Source of the DNA: Microcoleus sp.
Lineage (GTDB): Bacteria > Cyanobacteriota > Cyanobacteriia > Cyanobacteriales > Microcoleaceae
Direction of reading: 5' to 3'
Assembly: GCA_052279835.1 (NCBI GenBank)
Contig: CP181291.1
Location: 1,664,001 to 1,728,000, forward strand
DNA length: 64,000 bases
A program made the translations under genes and the position numbers. Under the pieces are notes generated by a model, which saw only the letters and a program-made list of their open reading frames with translations, was not told the DNA's origin and ran no database searches. Shown piece by piece: positions 57,730 to 64,000 of the stretch. How positions within the stretch are numbered: position 1 is the stretch's first letter; each line of letters starts with the position of its first letter.

Positions 57730-59232
57730 TTAATCTTGGGCTTTCGGTTTATCGCTTACATAGCTAATCAAGGCAAAAAGTAGCAAGTTTTGCAACTTTT
57801 CTGCATTGCGAGAATTAAAAATGAATTCTCGAATTTTTTCAAATTCTTCACGAGTTAAAGGTAGCCTGTTCTCTTTAGTTGCATTAGCGCAAAACTGTAG
57901 AAACCAGTTGGCAATACTATCAGATGTTTTGAGCCTTAATATCTCGTTGCGAATTTTTTCTCGTCGGACTTCAACTAGGCGATTGAAATCAAGATTGTTG
58001 TCTCTGGCGCGATCGCCGATTTGTCCCATCGTCATCTCCCAGGCTTTATGAAACGCCCGAATGATAATTTGATCGGTCTGATTTTTAATTTCTTTGACCA
58101 TTTTATTCATTCCATCCCTCTGAAATAATATATTTTTGAAGTCTTCTTTTTTAGCTACTAAATCCTTAAATTGAGCGCACCAATGCCGTTCACTGGCGAG
58201 ATTAGCAGCAATAAGTTCTGGTAATGGACTGCTGGGAATCACAAAGCTTTTGCCACTACTTGTAATTCGTTTACTACGACCGAGATACTGCTTTGCAGCA
58301 CGAAACACATTTATTTCTGGATATTTACCACCTACCTTAATAGTGATACTGCGATTAATCTGATTTTTATCCCAGGCAATTTTACCCATTGCGATCGCCT
58401 GACAACCTGCAATGCTCCTCGCACTCATATCAATGAGAAATGAAAGTGCAGCCTCTTCAGCACCGCCAACAACTCGCCCTAAATAGGTGTTACTAAATCG
58501 CTGGAAATTTTGGGTGCTACTGGTCAGACTTTGCATTGAATCTGCAAACTCCAATAAGTCTGTAACATCAGGAACAATGATACAATATTGAGCCTTTTCC
58601 TTATGGGTGCGAGGTCGTAGTAAAAATACTACAGAGCCTACCATAAGATACAATAGTAAAATCACCTCCTTTGCTGAAGATTGCAGTGCTTTTTTACCCG
58701 TCATTGCACCAGGAATAACTGATTGGGGAATTGTCGCAATTAAAGGAAATTTTCCTGCTTCACCCTTCTTCACAATATCTAATAATCCTGTTCCCTGTGC
58801 CTTTTGATGAGCATAGCTATTGATGGCTTTGTAAGTAATTGGTTGACTATTTTCTTCTCCTTCCACTCTCAGAGGAAATAGACGGGGATCTTTTTCTCCA
58901 GGGCGCATCTTATTGTGTTGAAGGAAAGTATGAGAAAGCCCATCATGTACTGCTAGTCGTAAATCTGCGCGATCTTCACCAATAAATTGCCCTGGTAATT
59001 CAATTAATTTATCCTCGGTCAATTTGAATGAAGCCGCTAGGATACGACTCAATGCCTCTTGCTCAGTGAGCGTTTCATCCCAAGTAATTTCCAGAAAATC
59101 CGATTCAAATTTCGCCTGAATACCTTCAGGAAAATTACCGTCCCATGCGTGAATAGTAGCAGCTAAACCACCTAGAGCAGCACGGTGATAGATCGTAAAA
59201 TTTGGATCTGTTAATTGGTAAGTCAGCGCCAT
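57730..59232 (-). CDS. cas8: Cas8 large subunit (Cmx8/Cas8a1 Myxan type), probably encoding an internal Cas11
   Basis: HRAALGGL, TFLQH, LIAANLA..W, LLFALISY motifs; position between cas3 and cas7. Confidence 0.88.
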   Translation of the reverse strand: MALTYQLTDPNFTIYHRAALGGLAATIHAWDGNFPEGIQAKFESDFLEITWDETLTEQEALSRILAASFKLTEDKLIELPGQFIGEDRADLRLAVHDGLSHTFLQHNKMRPGEKDPRLFPLRVEGEENSQPITYKAINSYAHQKAQGTGLLDIVKKGEAGKFPLIATIPQSVIPGAMTGKKALQSSAKEVILLLYLMVGSVVFLLRPRTHKEKAQYCIIVPDVTDLLEFADSMQSLTSSTQNFQRFSNTYLGRVVGGAEEAALSFLIDMSARSIAGCQAIAMGKIAWDKNQINRSITIKVGGKYPEINVFRAAKQYLGRSKRITSSGKSFVIPSSPLPELIAANLASERHWCAQFKDLVAKKEDFKNILFQRDGMNKMVKEIKNQTDQIIIRAFHKAWEMTMGQIGDRARDNNLDFNRLVEVRREKIRNEILRLKTSDSIANWFLQFCANATKENRLPLTREEFEKIREFIFNSRNAEKLQNLLLFALISYVSDKPKAQD

Positions 59233-61676
59233 TTTGCCCCTGTTCCTTCGCGAGTATCTTCATTGTAATCATAGTGAATAAATTCTTGGGGTGCAATCCG
59301 ACTTCCTGCTACCAGTGGCCATTTTAAAGCCTCTGGTTTGATAGGAATTGCTACTTCATGTTTACGGAGCCAGTCTCTACTCGGTTTTCCATACTCAAAC
59401 TCATTGCACTTTTCATAATCCTGTTTCAAAATTATGTTTATGGTGTAACCTTCTCCACGAGTTGTGCCGGGTTGAGTTCGCCAAAGTCCCGATTTTTTAG
59501 GTACTCCAAAAAAGCAAGCTCTTTCTGCGGCTTTAGCGTAGTCATATTCAGTTATTTTACTAACTGTGGCAAATCCATCTGCCAAATCTTTTTGACTCAA
59601 GGCTTTACCTAAATATATCATTTGAGCTATCCAATTTTTTGCTGTTTCTAGTTCTTCTTCCTCATAGGGTTTAATATCTTTTTTGTCAAGAATTGGGCGG
59701 ATAAAACATGGCTTTGGTTCTGTCGGTTTACTAGGAGTAGCTCGGCGATTTAGCCGGCCCATGCGTTGAATTAATGCAGGTACGGGTGCAATATCAGTTA
59801 TGAGTAGATCCGCTGACAAGTCTAAGCTCATTTCTGCCACCTGTGTAGCCACCAAAATTGCTGCTTTTTCTTCTTGTTTAAAGTCGTCAATTACTTGTCG
59901 GTGTCGATAACTACGATCTTTGTAACGAAGCCGTGAATGATAGACATTAACTGAGATGTTACTAAACTCTTTCTTTGCTTGATTATACATCTCATTTGCC
60001 CAATCCACACGGTTGCAAACCCAAAGAACTTTGCCATTTTGAGCAACAGTATCTTTTACGGATTTCCAGATTTCTTGCTCTGTTGCTGGATACTGAATTT
60101 GATAGCGTTCCAAGGATTCTAAGTTTTCCGGCCCTGGAACAATCTTCAAGTCGGGACGAACGTTTTGAATGGCTTTCAGTCGTTCTTTTGGTAAAGAAGC
60201 AGTCATTAACAGCACTGGCAAGTTGGGAAAGTTCTTCAAGAAAACCAGCAGATGTCCAAATAAGCGATCGTCAAAAGCATGAACTTCATCAAAAATAATC
60301 GCTGATTGCATAATAGCAGGAATGCTATAAATTGGTTTACGGGCATTGGCCATTAAGCCAAGAATGGTATCAGTTGTGGTGACAGTTAGCTGGGTACTCC
60401 ATAGTGCTAATGCCTCAATTTTATCCCTCTCAGTTTCTATAAGATCAGACGCAATATGAGTAGCATTCCTAGTGTCATCATTAATGGCTTCTTCCTGATT
60501 TGCTGTTGCTGCTATCGTTTCTAAATCAACCGATGAACGGGAATGAGTTAGACTAATTTGAGTAGCTGGAATCCCCGACTCCAAAGCATAGTCTTTGAAA
60601 TGCTCTGTTGTTGTGCCTGTAGTAGGTAGACAGAAAAATAGCCTAAACGGTCGTTCCTCTTTCTCAAATCTTTTACACCAAAACAATGCCCAAAGATATG
60701 CAGCAAGGCTTTTTCCTGACCCACATCCTGCTTGTGCTAATGTTAGATGTGATTTTGAGCGAGCGACATTCTTTTGAAATTCTCTAAACCCAAAACCAAG
60801 TGGTAGCTTATTGGGCTGAGATGGCTTTGATTCTGAATCTATTTGATTCCAGGCCCAAGCACGAATTAAATGTCTTAAGCTATTCGGTAAGAGCGTTTTT
60901 GAGATATCGTCAATTACGAATTGTCTGAGTGAGTATTGACTAGCAGACTGATACTTTTTAGCAACGGCACTAGCAGCAACATCCGCCGCTATCCCAAAAG
61001 CTTTAATTAAAGCTAAAAAGCGTCTGGATTCTTCGCTGGCAAATTCTAACTCATACTTCCCAAAATCTTTTATAAGTCGCTTAAGTGCTAATCTAGATGA
61101 AAAATCACAATCTTCACTGTCTTCTATTTCAATAGTGATAGCTGCGTTAAACACAGGTGGATCGCTTAATTCAAGATCCCGTGCCATTTCACAGAGAATA
61201 GTGTTGAAATCTTCGTGATTAGTGTGAACAATTACCTTTGGAGTATCTTTGGGCAATGTACCTGCATGAAACTTACGGTGGTGTCCCATTGCTCCCCAAA
61301 TGGCTATTATAGTTTTAACTCCTTTTAGTGACTCGATCCATTCAGATAACTGCGGTTCTAACCAGAATAATAAACCGGATATAGTTTCATGTCTGAGCAT
61401 TTGAGTAATTTCAGGAAATCCTGAAACCATCTCTATAAAGTGACTGTTTGCTTTACCGATGTCTTGCATCCAGCCATTGGCAATTAAGGTTTTACTGAAT
61501 TCTTCTCGCATTGAGGGAGAAAGACCAGCATTATTGAGTGCTGTAGCTCCGATTACCTCCGCTAATGCTCTACAGGCGGCGGCAACATCGCGGCTATGTT
61601 GAGTAAGTAAAGCGTAATCTGGCGGGGTTAAATCTTTGTGACTGTAAGATTTGGCTAGTAAGCGCTTTGGTTTCAT
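59223..61676 (-). CDS. cas3: Cas3 HD-nuclease/helicase (probable start 61676, ATGA overlap with cas6)
   Basis: AGGAGG RBS; LLAKS, H..QDIGK, RHE, HH; GCGSGKS, DEVH, TAS, ATQVAEMSLD, QRMGRLNR. Confidence 0.95.
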   Translation of the reverse strand: MKPKRLLAKSYSHKDLTPPDYALLTQHSRDVAAACRALAEVIGATALNNAGLSPSMREEFSKTLIANGWMQDIGKANSHFIEMVSGFPEITQMLRHETISGLLFWLEPQLSEWIESLKGVKTIIAIWGAMGHHRKFHAGTLPKDTPKVIVHTNHEDFNTILCEMARDLELSDPPVFNAAITIEIEDSEDCDFSSRLALKRLIKDFGKYELEFASEESRRFLALIKAFGIAADVAASAVAKKYQSASQYSLRQFVIDDISKTLLPNSLRHLIRAWAWNQIDSESKPSQPNKLPLGFGFREFQKNVARSKSHLTLAQAGCGSGKSLAAYLWALFWCKRFEKEERPFRLFFCLPTTGTTTEHFKDYALESGIPATQISLTHSRSSVDLETIAATANQEEAINDDTRNATHIASDLIETERDKIEALALWSTQLTVTTTDTILGLMANARKPIYSIPAIMQSAIIFDEVHAFDDRLFGHLLVFLKNFPNLPVLLMTASLPKERLKAIQNVRPDLKIVPGPENLESLERYQIQYPATEQEIWKSVKDTVAQNGKVLWVCNRVDWANEMYNQAKKEFSNISVNVYHSRLRYKDRSYRHRQVIDDFKQEEKAAILVATQVAEMSLDLSADLLITDIAPVPALIQRMGRLNRRATPSKPTEPKPCFIRPILDKKDIKPYEEEELETAKNWIAQMIYLGKALSQKDLADGFATVSKITEYDYAKAAERACFFGVPKKSGLWRTQPGTTRGEGYTINIILKQDYEKCNEFEYGKPSRDWLRKHEVAIPIKPEALKWPLVAGSRIAPQEFIHYDYNEDTREGTGAKWR

Positions 61677-62326
61677 GGTTCCCCTCCTATAGGGATAAAA
61701 ATTCCACAACCCATACGATGTTTTCCACCCAATCCTAAAGCCTGCAACTTAATAGAATCTTCATCACTGAGATCCGTTACTTCTAAACTAAAACCCACTA
61801 CTGAAAACGTTTTAACTTTAATGGCTTTCCGACTAAGTTCTCCCTCTTCATTCAGGGGAATTGTCAAATTACCTTGAATTTGTAAATCATCCAGTTGCCG
61901 TTTGGCTGCTACCAAAAAATTATCTGGTTCTTGGAATCCCTTAATAATCACAATGCGCGATCGCAATCTCGGTGCAGGTTGCAATACAAAAATTTGCGGA
62001 ATTCCGAGCCTAATTGAGTGCTTACCAATGGTTAATTGCTTGCCAGCTAAGGGATACACCAACGGCACTTTGTCCCCCGGTAGGCGGATTTTCAATTGAG
62101 AGCGATCGCTTAAATGAATCACCCCCTGCTTATCAGGAATTCCCTGAATGGTTTGAATACTCACGCCTGCTAAATTGTGAAGTTCCTTTTGACAGTGTGC
62201 GATCGCAGAATACAAACCATACCCATGATCCGCCGGTAAAGTTTGACCGATGACGCTAAAACACAACTCTACATAAGGCAAACTATTATCTTGTTGTTGC
62301 TCGCGATCGCATTCAGTGACTACCAT
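61673..62326 (-). CDS. cas6: Cas6 (Cmx6-type) crRNA-processing endoribonuclease
   Basis: LPADHGYGLYSAI and the G-rich loop GLGGKHRMGCGIF. Confidence 0.95.
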   Translation of the reverse strand: MVVTECDREQQQDNSLPYVELCFSVIGQTLPADHGYGLYSAIAHCQKELHNLAGVSIQTIQGIPDKQGVIHLSDRSQLKIRLPGDKVPLVYPLAGKQLTIGKHSIRLGIPQIFVLQPAPRLRSRIVIIKGFQEPDNFLVAAKRQLDDLQIQGNLTIPLNEEGELSRKAIKVKTFSVVGFSLEVTDLSDEDSIKLQALGLGGKHRMGCGIFIPIGGEP

Positions 62327-62471
62327 AACTAGATGACTCCTGAAAAACTCTTAAAAAATTTAGTCAAGGTGTTATTGAGCATGAATATCCAATGGCGATC
62401 GGGTATTCATGCCCCGTTTGATGCGTACACACCATTCCCAGGCTCTTAAGCTTGGGTTGTATTTTTACCCG

Positions 62472-62726
62472 CTAGGCGTTAATAACTCGCCAAGAGTTAC
62501 GGCCTTTGTGCAAAATTACCCAATTATTTAATTCCAAAAAACGCCCTACTGTGCATTTTTTAAGTTCCGACTGGGAGATTCCGAATTTTTCGGAAACCAG
62601 ATCGGTTGTTAAAGGGCTGTCTTCGGTTGTTGAAGGGCTGTCTGCGGTTAGCGCTGCGATCGCGGATAATAGCGGAAGCTCACGGAAATCAGGAGTTTTC
62701 CCATGACTGCGTGGGACAGTGTTCAT
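62472..62726 (-). CDS. 84-aa orphan protein upstream of cas6, possible HTH in the C-terminal half
   Basis: AGGAG RBS 8 nt before ATG; lies under a sigma70-like promoter; LTTDLVSEKFGISQSELKK is HTH-like. Confidence 0.6.
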   Translation of the reverse strand: MNTVPRSHGKTPDFRELPLLSAIAALTADSPSTTEDSPLTTDLVSEKFGISQSELKKCTVGRFLELNNWVILHKGRNSWRVINA

Positions 62727-62835
62727 TTTCCTGACTCCTTTTCAATTTCGATTTTTTTTGGCATGATGCTGTTAGTTATATATTGTTGGCTCTCCGGTCT
62801 GATGGCCAGAGAGTTTTTTTTACTCTTTTTGGCGG

Positions 62836-62890
62836 TTTGCCTAAAGGGCTAATTACATTTAATATATTTCAATGGAATGATGGCTGTCAA
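62836..62890 (-). promoter_or_regulatory. sigma70-type promoter (TTGACA-N18-TATATT) followed by ATG PAM and protospacer-like target of the mini-array spacer
   Basis: -35 at 62890-62885, -10 at 62866-62861, PAM ATG at 62858-62856, target 62855-62836. Confidence 0.75.
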
Positions 62891-62899
62891 CAGAAGAGC

Positions 62900-63015
62900 C
62901 AAAAAAAACTAAACGCCTAACGGCAATCAGAGGTGGTTGAAAGTTAAGGCTGTATTTTAGCCTAGAGAGCGAATTAGTGCTCAACGCCCGCAGGTGGGGC
63001 ATCTTAGGTATCAAG
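62900..63015 (-). ncRNA. candidate CRISPR-like regulatory RNA (degenerate repeat - ~33-nt spacer - degenerate repeat/terminator)
   Basis: First repeat ends GGCGTTGAGCAC like the array repeat; second repeat TGATTGCCGTTAGGCGTTTAG is followed by T8; extended -10 TGGTAAGCT at 63030-63022. Confidence 0.8.
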
Positions 63016-63058
63016 TCAGTCAGCTTACCACAGTCGTACACGATTTTGCTACTCCCCT

Positions 63059-64000
63059 TTAACTTTTGTAATACTGGCTCATCCCTTCCACCTCGTCGCG
63101 CACCAACTGCACCAACTCCGGCGGACTTTTCACCCTTGCCCCTTTCCCATACCCCAACACCCACCGCTTGATCTCATTAAGTCCCCCCACTGTCATCCTC
63201 AATGTCACCGCCCCATCGGGATGTTGTTCAATTTCCTGGGTTGAATGCCATCGCCTCTCCCAGATATAGGGTGCTGTGGGCCGATCGAACCAAATGACTA
63301 CCTCCACCGGTTTACCATCTCCTACCTCAGCTTGAAAAATCCGATCCAGATGTTCTTGAGCATTAAATGTGCGATCGCGCATAAACTTAGTTTTAAGAAT
63401 TTCTAAGCTTTGAATGCGATCGACTCGAAACCACCTAATAGCTTGGCGTTGTTGACAAAATCCAATTACATAAGGGTTGGTTCCTCGGTAAATATGCAGC
63501 AAATAAGGGTCTAGCACTCGTTCAGATGTAGCATTCCGACTTGCTGTGAAATAACACATCCGAACTTGGTGAGATGTCCTACAAGCTTCTAATAATTGAT
63601 TCCAGATTTCCGGGTTAAGATAGTTTTCTACCCCATTTCTAAAAACGATCCGTTCATCGGCAATTCTTTGGAGATCGATCCAAGTTTGTTCTGGCAATCT
63701 TTCACTCAATCGCTCGATGGCAGATCGCAATTCTTTGGTATAAGTTGAACCTGAGTAAGCTTGCAACATTCTCGCTCCCAATGTCAGAGCAAATAATTCG
63801 CCTTGACTTAGAGAAATACTCGGCAAGCGCCAATCTGGATCGGTATAGTGAATCCCTTTTTGCCGATTGAAATTCAACGGGGCGCTGAACCGATCCCGCA
63901 AAAATGCCAAGTCATTACGGACTGTCCTTTCACTAACTTCTAAGGCTTCAGCAATTGTTACTGCTGTTTGCCGCGGGGCTGTCCGCAATAGCTGGTCAAT
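63059..64000 (-). CDS. HTH-WYL-WCX transcriptional regulator (5' end outside window)
   Basis: IAEALEVSERTVRNDL HTH; ERVLDPY, YVIGFC, RWFRVDRI WYL; WVLGYG..SPPEL WCX. Confidence 0.93.
   Translation of the reverse strand: MDQLLRTAPRQTAVTIAEALEVSERTVRNDLAFLRDRFSAPLNFNRQKGIHYTDPDWRLPSISLSQGELFALTLGARMLQAYSGSTYTKELRSAIERLSERLPEQTWIDLQRIADERIVFRNGVENYLNPEIWNQLLEACRTSHQVRMCYFTASRNATSERVLDPYLLHIYRGTNPYVIGFCQQRQAIRWFRVDRIQSLEILKTKFMRDRTFNAQEHLDRIFQAEVGDGKPVEVVIWFDRPTAPYIWERRWHSTQEIEQHPDGAVTLRMTVGGLNEIKRWVLGYGKGARVKSPPELVQLVRDEVEGMSQYYKS

Noticed and set aside
62454..62480. Second target for the mini-array spacer (GGTTGTATTTTTACCC resembles GGCTGTATTTTAGCC)
   Set aside because: Similarity is only to the PAM-distal half; no seed match or ATG PAM in register
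62859..63171. ORFs 62859-63164 (-) and 62977-63171 (+)
   Set aside because: Overlap the WYL gene end and the mini-array; no coding motifs; better explained as non-coding regulatory DNA

Overview
Chromosomal window from a filamentous cyanobacterium. The abundant HIP1 octamer GCGATCGC, heptameric STRR tandem repeats and many REP/MITE-like intergenic elements suggest an Oscillatoriales/Microcoleus-like host (inference). Bases 1-52 kb carry mostly housekeeping genes (cobM, cobQ, rplY, purA, crtE, folD, desB, purF, ccs1/ccdA, sodB, clpS, tocopherol cyclase, cysE, mrdA, a P450). They also carry an uncharacterised module: DUF4331, TPR and a NiCoT/RcnA-like transporter, divergent from an ECF sigma/cupin anti-sigma pair and preceded by two matching ECF-type promoters. 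Bases 52.4-64 kb hold a complete minus-strand Myxan-type (I-B) CRISPR-Cas locus: WYL regulator, small ORF, cas6, cas3, cas8, cas7, cas5, cas4-cas1, cas2, leader and a 15-repeat array. The main finding is a hidden mini-array between the WYL gene and the cas operon (62906-63015): two degenerate repeats around a ~33-nt spacer, with its own candidate promoter and terminator. The spacer matches 16 of its first 20 nt to a site ~120 bp away (62836-62855) that has an ATG PAM. Mismatches fall at positions 6, 12 and 18 (the flipped-out positions of type I Cascade) and at 9 (rU:dG). The site lies over the predicted start site of the promoter for an 84-aa orphan ORF and the cas genes. This is a candidate Cascade-guided autorepression or CRISPR-repressed toxin circuit. 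Four genes (desB, sodB, terD-TPR, cas4-cas1) each carry a single extra base in a 3-nt homopolymer, which most likely reflects sequencing error.
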